A stretch of 47,637 bases of DNA from Octopus bimaculoides (lineage: Eukaryota), in the NCBI RefSeq assembly GCF_001194135.2, contig NC_068991.1, positions 36,682,562 through 36,730,198 on the forward strand, written 5' to 3'. The stretch's first letter is position 1. Each line of letters begins with the position of its first letter. Shown piece after piece: positions 1 to 13,343 of the stretch. The notes beneath the pieces were generated by a model, which was not told where the DNA came from, ran no database searches, and saw only the letters and a program-made list of their open reading frames with translations. A program made the translations under genes and the position numbers.

Positions 1-77
<77 letters not shown>

Positions 78-140
78 TAGATAGATAGATACATACATAC
101 ATAGATGAATGTGTGTGTGCGTGTGAGTGTGTGTGTCTGT
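1..140. repeat. Compound microsatellite (AT)n-(AG)n-(GATA)n-(CATA)n-(GT)n
   Basis: Directly visible simple repeats. Confidence 0.95.
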
Positions 141-208
141 CTGTTATATGAGTATATGTGTATCTGACTACATATTTCCTTTGAAATTTAGAAAAGTTTT
201 CTTCACAG

Positions 209-282
209 AATTCGACCCAGCCACTATCAAAGTGACAAGACTTCTTGCTTATGTGAAAGCACTTGCAGGAATCTGTGAATCT
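209..282 (+). CDS. Candidate internal coding exon, (E)FDPATIKVTRLLAYVKALAGICES, unknown protein
   Basis: Acceptor gttttcttcacag| ends at 208 and donor |gtgagt starts at 283. Only one of three frames is open across the 74 nt (starts phase 1, ends phase 0). No homology recognised. Confidence 0.45.
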
Positions 283-479
283 GTGAGTGGCTGAGTGTAT
301 GCATATTTGCAAATGGTGCTGTATGTGTGGATATACTCGCAGTCATGCAAAGAGGTGATTACATCTCTTTTTTGAGAAAAGGGGTATTTTCTGTTTGGCT
401 GCCACTTTTCAATTTCTTTAATTTGCTTCAATTGATTTCATATTTGATGTAATGATGTAGGTTCGTATGGTAATCATTG

Positions 480-1159
480 ACATGAAATTCGTTTTCGCCA
501 TAAACCAATAAATAAAAAGTCAACAACTTTAAAATTTCGTAAGCGACAGACACATTCATGCCTGTTTCCATAGTAACAAGCCAAATTGTTGCCAAGCTAA
601 TTTACTCACGTAGTCATTTTTCGCTTATTAAATGGTGGTTGTGAGACGTGCTAAAAATAATAGCTTAACAGGCCTTAAATCACGCACCAAAGTTTTTTGG
701 GGTGTTTGCATAATCGAATGAATTCCCGTGAGTAGAATGAAAATGCACAAAAATTTACTGTCATTTGTTTACAGTTCACAACACATGCTGTCACGCACAA
801 AATGACAGCCAGCCTCCAAATCCTATTTTCTGATGAGGTAAAAATGATCAAACTTTAAATTTCTGTCACTTTAAAAAAAAAAAAAAAAATTCTGGATAAA
901 GTTAAATATTCCCCGAGATTCAGCGTGAAAAATTACTTCAATGCCCCAAATTTTAAAATCATNNNNNNNNNNNNNNNNNNNNNNNNNNNNNNNNNNNNNN
1001 NNNNNNNNNNNNNNNNNNNNNNNNNNNNNNNNNNNNNNNNNNNNNNNNNNNNNNNNNNNNNNNNNNNNNNNNNNNNNNNNNNNNNNNNNNNNNNNNNNNN
1101 NNNNNNNNNNNNNNNNNNNNNNNNNNNNNNNNNNNNNNNNNNNNNNNNNNNNNNNNNNN

Positions 1160-1191
<32 letters not shown>

Positions 1192-1304
1192 ACGAGTTAG
1201 TGGTATATACACACACATGATTGTATGCATATGTTTATTGCTAGAATCGAAAGTCCAAAATTTTTCAAATGTGTTACAAATTTTCACAATACTCTAGTCG
1301 AGTG
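480..1304. mobile_element. Probable non-autonomous DNA transposon relic, interrupted by a gap and (GT)n
   Basis: Mid-complexity, CpG-containing block. Right end ...actctagtcgagtg is CACTCG on the reverse strand (CAC-type terminus). Left terminus not identified. Confidence 0.3.
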
Positions 1305-1944
1305 ATTTGGAAGATGTGAATCTGTTTCCTTTGTTCTGTCATACGAAATCCAAAATTATCAATACAAATCTGTTATGCACTTATACAAATATATATTTGT
1401 AGCCCAAATACATAGTTTCTCATTAGTTCAAATTAGATGTTCTTTTTTATTGAACTTTAGATGAGACATCCACATCTGCTGCATAGCTGAAATCTACAGT
1501 ACTGCATAACTTCTGTCTTCTAACCTGCAGAAAAATTCGATGGTAATATCTATTAGCTGGCCATTGTTAAAATTTACACCGCAGATACAAAGATGTGTGT
1601 ATTGGTTATACTAAACATATGAAGGAAGGTATATGTGCTACACTACATAAATATGTGTGCGTGCGTGCGTGCGCGCGCGCGTGTGTGTGTGTGTGTGTGC
1701 GTGCGTGTGTGTGTGCGTGCGTGCGTACGTGCATGCGTGTGTATTTAGGGTAAACACTTGTGTGTTGGGTGTACTGCTGTACTCCGTCTCCAAATGCAAG
1801 AGTCGATGTCGGAAAAGGAGATACTAGTTTTGTTTAATAGAATTTTCGTTACTGTTCCGGTGCTAAAAGTTTCCTGCTGGTAGAGATCAACAATTTCTCA
1901 ACCATCTGAACTGAAAATGAGAATCATACACCTCTGCATATATG

Positions 1945-2098
1945 CAAGCATACATTATACATACATACATAAATACATGCATGTATACATACATACATAC
2001 ATACATGCATACATACGTACATACATACATACGTACATACATACATATATACATACATACATACATACATACATATGTATGCATGTATATATATATAG
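1945..2098. repeat. (TACA)n microsatellite
   Basis: Directly visible. Confidence 0.95.
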
Positions 2099-2259
2099 TT
2101 CGCAATGTGTACAGAAGGAATGGTTGCACTGCATATATATATAAAGAAGGCTATATAAGTTACACTGCACATATAAAGTAGGGGTAGGGTGGATATGCAA
2201 ACAGCTGACATATTTAGGTTAATTCGAAAGACAATTTCAGCTGCAGTAACACTGAGGAC

Positions 2260-2267
2260 ATTGCTGA

Positions 2268-2300
<33 letters not shown>

Positions 2301-2455
2301 AGATGATGATGTTGATCACCACCATCTCCACCACCCCCACCCCCACCACCACCATTACCNNNNNNNNNNNNNNNNNNNNNNNNNNNNNNNNNNNNNNNNN
2401 NNNNNNNNNNNNNNNNNNNNNNNNNNNNNNNNNNNNNNNNNNNNNNNNNNNTCAT

Positions 2456-2486
<31 letters not shown>

Positions 2487-3860
2487 AGCAGGAACGATAG
2501 CATTCGAATTTTGAGTATCGTCATAATCGTCATTACTGTTGTGTTTCTTCTTGCCGTTGCTGTTTTTTTAGTGTTTTTGTCGTCTGCTGCTGCTGTTGTT
2601 CTTGTTGTTCTTGTGGTTGCTACGGTGCAAAAGGAAACGGTTAGAAAATATTGTTCCGGTTCTTCCGTTATCGTTTTCATAACATTACTGTCTTTGATTT
2701 GTATGAAGAAGGAAGCTATAGGTCAGCCCAGCCATCTTAGCACTTCAAAACCCTCACGGCTGCCTCATTCCGCTCCACTCCAAACCGCTCCCCGCTCAAC
2801 AATTTGTGGTAGCTGTCGTAACACCGGCACCTCTTATGTTCCACCATGGGCACACATATTTCACTGAACTTACCGACATATTTCTATTGCTACAAATGCT
2901 TTGAACTTTTTTCTTCGCTCTTCTACAGTCGGCGGCTTAGGGTGTTATTTTTGTTGTTGTACTAATTGGAAATGAGGATCACGATGATAATGATGATGAT
3001 GATGATTGGTGTGATAATAGCGGTGGTGGTGGTGGTGATGGTGGTGGTCATAGTGGTAGCGTTGAAGATGGTGATATGTTGGTGCAATCGTACTGGAGCG
3101 GTGATAATGATGTTTCTAGTTGTCCCTCATTCCACGTGCCAATACTATGAACTCTCGTCGCAACTGTAGCAAGCGAATCGCGAAAGCATCATTTTTTAAA
3201 GTTCTGATTTAAATACGGCGTGTATCATCGCCAGCAATCATCATCATCATCATCATCATCCTCATCGTTATCATCACCACCACCATCCCACAGCTAATAT
3301 CACCACAACCACCACAACCACCATCATCATCACCATCATCATCATCACCACCATCATCACCATCATCACCACCACCATCATCATCACCATCGTCATCGTC
3401 GTCGTTATCATCACTAGCAGCGTCGGCATATTTGTCTTCAGTTTCGTCGTCGTCGTCACTGTGGCCGCTGTCGCCATCATCATCATCATCATCATCATCA
3501 TCGTCTTTATAGTTGTTATCAGAAAACTTATTCTTCACATAATCGTTATCATCAACGTAAATATCGTCATCATCATCATCATTAACATTATTACCATCAG
3601 CATCCCCTCCTACTCTTCTCCTCCTTTTTACTCTTTTTTGTCCCGCCCCATCACCACCACCACCATCATCAGTTGTAGTCATCCTCTCCACCACCAGCCG
3701 TCGTCAAGTCGATCTCTCGGTCTCTTTTTTCCTTTGTTTTTGTTGGAATGTCCACCACCACCACCGCCGCCGCCACCAACGACACCTACTGCCGCCACCA
3801 CCATCACTACCCCCACCAACACTTCTCCCCTCAGCTCCCCTTCGAATCGGAAACTAAAGT
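2260..3860. repeat. Trinucleotide-repeat, low-complexity island (GAC/GAT/CAT/CAC/CAG/GGT tracts)
   Basis: Directly visible; generates the poly-D/H/T/V ORFs in the track. Confidence 0.85.
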
Positions 3861-4963
3861 TCCACACCACTATGAATTAATTATCAACCCGGAAACAAAT
3901 GTTATTTTTGTTGTTGTTGTTGTTGTTGGGATGTTTTTCTTTTCATGTTTGGGTTATATAGATGTTCTTTTTTTTCTTGCTGTGCATGTATTTTTATAAT
4001 GTTTTATTTTTTCATTTTTCTCTTTTTTTTTAAAGATGGACAAGCAAACCTTTCGCTCTGAATGTACGTTGTGAGTGCGTGCGCGTGTATGTGAACTCAC
4101 GTATATAGCCACATACATGAGACATTCGTACATATACATACACACATATACGCGTGTGTCTGTGTGTCTGTGTGTACGGTTTTCTTGGTATGGTATGTGG
4201 GGACAGTGGTTTACGTATGTACGACTGGTGGGGAATTGACAGCAAATATGTAGAAGTCTCAGTTAACATCCTATACTGGCAGCTAATGTGACGCATATGG
4301 CACACTGCAAAGAAAGGGAAATAAACAACAAAAGCAAAAATAAATGGAAAACAGGAGTTATAACAAAACAAAACAAAACAAAACAAAAACAAACACAAAA
4401 CAAAAATAACATAGAAATAACTTCTAGCACAACAGCAAAAACAACGAAAGCAGCATCCATGCCTCTCCCCGCACACATGAATCCACATAGTCACACCTTC
4501 ACATGGCTCTTCTTACAAAATGAATATACATATACACTTGCGCACACAAAAGCACGCACCACACGTTCACGCTGAGAGACACTTCGACCGCAAACATATA
4601 ACGACATTCGTAGACATATATTTAACCAGACACATGCAAACATACACACACGTGCACACAAATACACTTACATATACACATGCAAAACAACTAAAATAAA
4701 TGATAACTTAAATCTTTAAGAAATAACGAAAAGAGAAAAAAAAACTTAAATACAACGCCAATATGTGGCGTGTTTGTTTTGTGTTATTGTATTTTATTTT
4801 TCAGCCCCCTCAAGAAACCAGACATGTGGAAAATAGCTTTAAAACGCTTAAGATCCCTTGGGAACACGTTTGATAAGATTTTGATGTCCAAGGTTTTTCT
4901 TTTGACAAGTGTTTTACTTATAATTCCATCTCGCTGTATTTTACTGTTTCGATAATTTGACAA

Positions 4964-5009
<46 letters not shown>

Positions 5010-5620
5010 TGACTGTAGCAGTGACAAGTCGGCGGTACCGTCATCGTAGTCGTCATCAATACTGTGATCACCATCAATAGATCTTTCATCATTGTCCAGC
5101 AGATCTTTCATCATTTCCGTGACCACAGCCAATCTTACATGACAGTCACCGCGGCTACTACAATCAATCCAAAATCAAAACATGGCCTTTAGATATTCGT
5201 GATATGGTCTAGCAGACACTGATTTCATATCATTATTTCTTTTACTCGATGCACCTCACCCCCACTTAATATAGGTATAAATGCAGAGTTATACATAACT
5301 TGTACATAAACACTTGTCTATCTATGGGGTTAAGAAGTTTACTTTGCAAAAACATCGCTCTGGTTTCAATCCATATGTGCAGCAGCACCCTGGGCGTCCT
5401 TGAAAACTACCTAGGGTCATCAAATGTTCCGTAATTCAATTTGGTACTCACAAACGGAAGACCATCACATGTATATTTGTGCGTAAATTTCTGTGTATGA
5501 GTGTGTATGTGTATGCATGTGTGTGTGTGTATATATATATATATACACACATACACATTCACACTCACACACATACACTCAGATACACACTTATGCACAC
5601 ACACACCCCACACATATATA

Positions 5621-6286
5621 AAGAGTGTCCCCAAAAATGTACACCAAAGCTTATTAAGATAAATTTCATTTTCAAAATTTAATAGAATCTACAGAAAGAA
5701 TTAGAATTTTTATGAGCACCTATTTTCAAGCTGATGACCATCCTAGCACTGGCACTGCTGAAAACGCGAAGCAATGGAATCACAATGGCCATGCTTCAAG
5801 CTTATCTAATTTGTGTGTTGGTTTAGAGCGGTGAGCTGTCAGTATCGTTTGCGCACCGGGCAAAGTTCTTAGCGGTATTTCGTCCATCTTCACATTTTGA
5901 GTTCAAATATCGCCGAGGCCGACTTTGCTTTTCATTCTTCTGAGGTTGGTAAAATACGTACCGGTTGAAGTGCAAAGGCAGTTTAGGAATACTGGGGTCG
6001 ATGCAATCGATTTACCCAATTCCCAGAAAATGCTGGCCGTGTGCCAAATTTGTAATCAATTTGCGTGATGGTAAGTCGCGTAGGGGGATCTATTTGAAAC
6101 TCTTTCCTAAACTGCCTTTGCACTTCGACTGCGTTTTCAAGCCGCCAGTAGCACTTTAAAAAAATTTTCTTTTGTTAAGCCTAATCTACATACATTATTT
6201 CAAACGGTTTAAATTTAAAAAGAAACGAAAAGTCGGAGAATGGTCAGCTGTTAAAGTGTGTATACATTTTGGGGTGAGACACCCTG
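5621..6286. mobile_element. Non-autonomous Tc1/mariner-type element (MITE) with nested SINE
   Basis: Left end ta|aagagtgtccccaaaaatgtacac. Right end reverse complement is ta|cagggtgtctcaccccaaaatgtatacac. Flanked by TA on both sides. The CAGGGTG terminus and TA target are typical of Tc1/mariner. Confidence 0.7.
5825..6057 (+). mobile_element. SINE family B, near full length
   Basis: tRNA-like head (gcggtgagctgtcag...ttgagttcaaatatcgccgagg) and body shared with six other copies in this window. Confidence 0.85.
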
Positions 6287-8949
6287 TATATACCGTAAGT
6301 GGGTGAGTTTGTGTGTATGTGTATGTGAGTGTTTGTGTGGGTATGCGTTAATATCGTTTGCTGATGAATACCAGCGAAGAATGTAAGTAACACAGAACTA
6401 AGTCCACCGAGCTGCAGACATTCTCCATTTCCTCTCACTGTCAGAAATACAGAGATCCCTCTCATTGTTTAAATGAAAGTTTAATGAAATGCTTCTTCCT
6501 TAAGTGCTTTTGATGTTCCGAGGTTGGCTTGAGTATCTACAAATATATTGTAATTTTTAGTTGGGTTTAAGTAAAGGATACCATTGTCCTGTCATGAGAT
6601 TAAGGGTAAAAAATAATCATTACATTTTGGGTTAGTACTAAAAAGCAAAGAAAGTTCTTTTCTTCCGCTGTGTATAGATTACCGTCAATCCATTCTAAGA
6701 GTTCATCGTTAAGACAGAATCCGACATCATTGTTTGGGAACCATTCCTTAATTTCGAAAATAAATACAAACCAGTATTAATTTAGTTATTTTTTCTACAT
6801 ATTTTAAGTTATCTTAAAATGTGTGTGTGTGTGTGTGTGAATGCTATAATAATAAAATCAGTAGAATCAATATCAACTATTTAATTTGACCTATGACCAA
6901 TTCCATCTAAGTAAAAAACTAACAGCGAGCGGTCATCACTAAAATAGAATAAAAATGAAGTTGGTTCTCGAAGTACACATAAAACAATAAATAGTAGCAT
7001 GTACATGCTATTATTTATAGCTTTATATGTACTTCAAGAATTAAATCCAAAACAGGAATTCTTTCACATTCCCTCGAGAGTAAATAAGTTCTCATGATAT
7101 CAACAACATACAATTCTCGCTAATAAGAATAAAGTTTAGAAAATGGATAGAGAAATTTGAAGGATTGTTTTCGTACAATGATGACTACGAGATGTGGATT
7201 CGAGTCCTATGGGTGGCCTTCGACTTTTTCTATCCAAAAGAGATTTTCGTTCCAATATTTACATGGTATTAAGTATAGCTTTATATGTACTTCGAGGTCC
7301 AATTCCAAAAACAGAAAAAAATTGTTCCGCGTACTCTCGAGACTTTACAAATTCTTCTAACGTCAACAAAATAAAAAGTAATAAAATCAATGACAATCTG
7401 TTCAGAATTCATTTTCCAAACCGAAGTCTCGAAAGTTGCTCTACAGATAAATCTTGCGTGAGGTTCAATTAGAATTTGTAATGTTTCCAATTCTATCTTG
7501 TGCCGGTGTTTCAATTCTCAAATGTATATTTACGAACTGCGAACGTTAACTTTAACTATCTTTAGCATACACTTTCAAATTTAAACAATGACACTCATTA
7601 TATGGTATATTAGCAATTACATTCATGAGTGGGCCTGTATCGTCTTGACTTGGATAATTATCATTAGCTCTTATTTTCTAATTTATGGCTTTCTATCTTT
7701 ATACACTATGATTCATTTATCCCAACTTTTCCATGTTTACTGATTTAACTGTCACTTTTAGCAGCTCTTGCGATCATATGCTGATTTTGTTGGCCAGCCG
7801 CTTCGAAAGAAAAATTCGTAATCCCACGCCTCTTCCTGGCTTTTTTTCTTTTTCGTGCTTTTTTTTTTTTGTCATTTTTAATATTCATATTTGTCATACA
7901 TCTAAGATTAGTTTTCTATAAAAATACTTTTTTAATATTTTTTTTTTAATTCCATATTTCCGCTTTTTCTGCAGTCCCTATCAAACACCTTCTTTCCGTA
8001 GTTGCTTCTGAATAGCAATTATGATGAAGCCGATTTTTAAAATATATATTTGTCATCATTTTTAGCACACCTGCTAGTAACATTTTCTTTAAAAAAGTTC
8101 TCCAAAATTCGCATTTTCCTATTCTTTTAACCCCCACCCAACCAAACTCGTTATCATCCTTCTATCTTTCCGTCTTTTTTCCCTCACTCTGTACTATTCA
8201 TGTTTCTTTTACACGTGGAATTAACAAATCTCGAAAACTCTATTGTTTTTCTTCACATCTTAAGTTGAGTCTTTTTTTTATTTTAGATTATGGGGACAAT
8301 CTTTGAATTTAACTTTTTAGTTTGCTTTATTTTTTCGATACCATTATCGCGTTTGTTTTACACTCTTTTTCAAAAAACATTTTAAACTTTAATTTTTAGC
8401 CCTTCCCCACTCCTCACTAAATTTCTTAAATATTTACTTTTTTTCGAAATCTATTGTGAATCAATGTTTTTTTTTTGGCAGTTTTGCCTTTATTTTTTTA
8501 CTTCAAAATAATTTTTTAAATTGAAAATTGGAAATTAAAAAGTTGAAAATTATTTCGCGCATGTTTAGATATATAGATACACACACACACGCATCTATAG
8601 ATACACACACACGCTGTCGCACACACTAAAATATAACATTTATTCTATCTTATATTCACTCATTTTTTTACACTTTTATCCGTTGTTTTCGATTTTTTAA
8701 TCGTTTTTTCCATCGTAATTGTTTATTTTAATCCTTTTTTTTCATTTTATCTATTCATTACCTTTCCCTTATTATTGTATTAATTAGTTTTGTATTATTT
8801 CTAATTTATCCCTTCAATTTACATTTTTTAAATCTTGTATCTATTATTTTTTATTTATTTTTTATTATTTATTATTTTTTTATTTTTTATTAAGTATTTT
8901 TCCTTTTTTTCTCTATTATTTGTATCAATCTTATTCATTTTATTTTTAT

Positions 8950-10230
8950 ACAGGCACACATACCACACGCACTCATACATACACACGTACACACACACAC
9001 ACGCACACATACACTCACGCGCACACATGAACGCACTCATACCTCCCACACACACTATGCGCACAACACACACATACATGCACACACATACACACATGTA
9101 CATACACGCACGCGCGCGCGCATAAGCACACGTACGCATAAGCGCCTGCACGCACATACACGCACATACACGTACATACACGCATACACACACGAACGCG
9201 CGCACACACGAACGTGCAGACACGCACGCGCAGACATGCTCGCGCAGACACTCACGCGCAGACACGCATGCGCAGACACGCACGCACACAGGAACGTACG
9301 TATAATTCCATGCACACAACCCCACGTGTACACTCACATACACACACACACACGCACGCACACAGACATGAATGCACATATACCTCCCACACAAGGCACA
9401 TATGCACGACACACATACATACACACACACACACACAAACACACGCACACGTACATACATGCACACATACACGCAGGCATACACACACACACACACGTAC
9501 ATACATGCACACACATACACGCATGCATACACACACACACACAAGAACGCACATATACCTCAACACACACAACCCACGCACACACACATAAACATACGCA
9601 CACACACACACACGCACACCCAACTGCACGCACATGCACACACGCACATACACACACATGCACATATACACACGCACGCACACATATATACATGCATACA
9701 TACACTCGCACATGAACGCACATATACCTCCCACACACGCTACACACACACAACACACACATACACGCACACACAGAGTCGTTCATACATGCACACACGC
9801 ACACCTAACTACACGCACATACTCACATGCACATACACGTAGACACATACACACATACGCACACATGCACGCGCACCCATGCACAGGAACGCGCATATAC
9901 CCCCACACACAACGCCACGTACACACACACATACAGGCACGTACATACACAGACCCGCACACATACACACGCACTGACATTCACGCCCGCACATGTCAGT
10001 CAAAACCTTTCTACTGACCATCCCATCTACGCACATGTGAAGAAACATACAAATACACAAAAGACCACCACTTCTATTACCATAGCTACTGAATTCTTCC
10101 TACAATACTAACAGACACAAAGTTCACTCACACATACACATGCAAACAGTTAATACCACACATACAACACACACACACACATACACATACACACACACAC
10201 ACTCGTACACATTCCCACACATACACACAG
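8950..10230. repeat. CA/CACG-rich cryptic satellite with higher-order period of ~171/342 bp
   Basis: Motif ca(t/a/g)gaa(c/t)gcacatatacct recurs, with variants, at 9026, 9289, 9367, 9542, 9711 and 9884. Confidence 0.8.
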
Positions 10231-11502
10231 ATATCTCCTCTTACTCTCTCCTGCCTTAGAACTCTTTCGCTTGTCTCTTTTTTCTCTTTCTTATTCTTTT
10301 ACCTTCTCGTCTCCCACTATTCAATCCTATTACTCTGTCACTCTCTCTCCCTGCCTCATACTCCTTTGCTCATGTGGCTCCCACGTGGCCATCGACCATT
10401 TTTCTTTCTTTCTCTCTTTTGTAGCTGGAACAAGAAAGACGTGTTCCCGTTTGTCTCCTGTCCTAGCTTGATTTACGCGTTCGCCACCACAACCTCGTTT
10501 AAGCTTAGCAGCGCTTCCTGTTTGTGTTACCAATTTTGATCCTCCGCAAAATCCCAAATTTTATTTAATTTGCTTTGCGGGAGCAACTATTTTATCGAAA
10601 GCGTATATTGCTGTTAAATGCTCGAAATACGAGACTACAAAAACAGCCAACAAGTGATGAAGGGTCGTTCTTATGTTGTTTGTTTTGTTTTCCATTTGTG
10701 TCTTTCGTTGCTTGAAGGAATAGTTCATGTTCCATGTACTCGTGCTTCGTATTTTTGTACACGTTTCGTGACGTCCGGAGCCCACATATGCATATATATA
10801 TATACGTATAGATGTAAGTATGTACATATACGTATGCATATATGCACATATGTGTATATNNNNNNNNNNNNNNNNNNNNNNNNNNNNNNNNNNNNNNNNN
10901 NNNNNNNNNNNNNNNNNNNNNNNNNNNNNNNNNNNNNNNNNNNNNNNNNNNNNNNNNNNNNNNNNNNNNNNNNNNNNNNNNNNNNNNNNNNNNNNNNNNN
11001 NNNNNNNNNNNNNNNNNNNNNNNNNNNNNNNNNNNNNNNNNNNNNNNNNNNNNNNNNNNNNNNNNNNNNNNNNNNNNNNNNNNNNNNNNNNNNNNNNNNN
11101 NNNNNNNNNNNNNNNNNNNNNNNNNNNNNNNNNNNNNNNNNNNNNNNNNNNNNNNNNNNNNNNNNNNNNNNNNNNNNNNNNNNNNNNNNNNNNNNNNNNN
11201 NNNNNNNNNNNNNNNNNNNNNNNNNNNNNNNNNNNNNNNNNNNNNNNNNNNNNNNNNNNNNNNNNNNNNNNNNNNNNNNNNNNNNNNNNNNNNNNNNNNN
11301 NNNNNNNNNNNNNNNNNNNNNNNNNNNNNNNNNNNNNNNNNNNNNNNNNNNNNNNNNNNNNNNNNNNNNNNNNNNNNNNNNNNNNNNNNNNNNNNNNNNN
11401 NNNNNNNNNNNNNNNNNNNNNNNNNNNNNNNNNNNNNNNNNNNNNNNNNNNNNNNNNNNNNNNNNNNNNNNNNNNNNNNNNNNNNNATATATATATATAT
11501 AT

Positions 11503-11813
11503 AGTGGTGTGGTTAGGGTATTCGGCTCACGATCATAACGTTCTGAGTTCAATTCCCGGTTACGCGTTGTGTCCTTGCGCAAGACGCTTTGTTTCACGGT
11601 ATCCCAGTCTACTCAACTGGAAAAATGAGTAGTACTTGTATTTCGAAGGCCATCCTTGTCACATTCTGCGTCACGCTGAATTCTCTGAGAACTACGTTAA
11701 GGGTACGCGTGTCTGCGGAATGCTCTGCAGCTTGCACAGTAATTTCACGAGCAAGCTGTTCCATTGATCGAATCAACTAGAACACTCGACGTCGTAACCG
11801 ACAAAGTACCAGT
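11503..11813 (+). mobile_element. SINE family C (tRNA head plus CORE-like tgtgtccttgcgcaagacgctt segment)
   Basis: A-box-like tagtggtgtggttagg and B-box-like gagttcaattcccgg. A diverged reverse-complement copy lies at 16035-16358. CORE-type SINEs are known from octopus (OR families); that family assignment is inference. Confidence 0.8.
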
Positions 11814-11850
11814 TATGTATATGTATGTATAGGTAGGTAGATAGATAGAT

Positions 11851-11905
<55 letters not shown>

Positions 11906-12302
11906 AAGTGAGAGAGAGGGAGAGAGAGGGAGAGAGAGAGTAAGGTGAAAATTATACGTATATAAATATGTGAAAATTATATATTTAAATTTGATGGGTA
12001 CTTGAAAAACCTATTCAATCAGTAGCGAAAATTTTCTTTTTGGTTTGTAGAGAGAAATAGAAAACTTGTTTCGGAAGTTAGTAATTTAGAATTTAGGGGA
12101 GAATATTATAGAGAAAAGGAAAAATAAAAACATGTGTTTTATTAATTTGGAGTAAATTCTTAAAATATATAATGTTGGGGATAAAGCTAGGGAGGGATGT
12201 TTGAAGAGTGAATAAATTAAAGGGATGTCCTGCAAAGTAGTGCAATCACCAAGGTGTTAATTTGTTAATTTTACAAAAGTCAAAAATATAGTGTAAATAT
12301 TA

Positions 12303-12465
12303 GTTTCTAATTTTGGCACAAGGCCAACAATTTTGGAGGAGGGGTTAGTCGATTACATCAGCCCCAGTGCTCGACTGGTACTTATTTTATCGATCTCGAA
12401 AAGATGAGAGGCGAAGTCGGCCTCGGTAGAATTAGAAATCAGAACGTAAAGGCAGACGAAATACC
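12303..12465 (-). mobile_element. SINE family B, 5'-truncated
   Basis: Matches the other family B copies (ttttggcacaaggcc...ccccagtgctcgactggtacttattttatcga). Confidence 0.85.
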
Positions 12466-12972
12466 TCGTATTAGATCCAAATAAATAAATACTTAAATTT
12501 TCCGAATAAATAAATAATTAAATTCTCTAAAATATAAATAATAGATCCAAATAAATAAATAATTAATTTCTCACCTATTCACACAAAAAAAAACACACAC
12601 GAACAAACATTCTTACGCACAGAGTACCTCACATATAAGAAAATTGTGATACATAGACGCACAGAGATACACCAATAAGAACGCAAACATAAATCGAAAA
12701 GACACAAAAGCCCGTGGCTCCTGCACTAATATTCTCTTTGACTTCTGTAAAGTCAACGAAATTAACACCGTTGCAACTCAAATACTAAATAGATAACCAT
12801 CGACTTTTCCTCACCTTCTGTTTCTCACCTTTACAGCCCCCAAATAATAAAACTCATCATTTAGGTTGCCTTAGAGAATTCTCCCATCGGTTGTAAGCTA
12901 TTGCCTTAATGTTATTAGACATTGCCTTAATGTTATTAAAATGAAACCTTCCGTTTTCCCCTCTTTATATAT

Positions 12973-13125
12973 TGGTTTCAAATTTTGGCACAAGGCAAGC
13001 AATTTCGGGGAAGGACCTAAAACAATTATATCTTTGGCGGAATTTGAATTCAGAATGAGAAGACAAACAAAATGCCACTAGACATTTTGCCTGGCGTGCT
13101 AACGACTCTGCTAGCTCACCGCCTT
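12973..13125 (-). mobile_element. SINE family B with internal deletion
   Basis: Both ends match family B; the middle is missing. Confidence 0.8.
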
Positions 13126-13343
13126 TTTCATTTTTAATATATTAAAAGAAAATTTTCACTTCTTGTTGAATGAGCTGTTGGGTAGTAGTTAAAGACCCAG
13201 TAAAAACTGACGTCATGATAGATCTAACTCTTCTTTTAGAATTCACTACAGATGGTCAGTAAATAAATGTTCCATTCTTATTCCTGAAGTTCCATTAAAA
13301 TAACAAATCAAAAGTAACTTTATCTTTATAAATATAAACATAA

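Noticed and set aside
8855-10111. HT/CV-rich ORFs of up to 229 aa
   Set aside because: Translations of the CA/GT satellite; open in many frames on both strands, with no coding signal.
10400-10590. Plus-strand exon after the tttgtag acceptor at 10424
   Set aside because: The pyrimidine tract belongs to a CT-rich repeat and no matching donor was found. The region may be regulatory (CACGTG, CTTCCTG), but that is unsupported.
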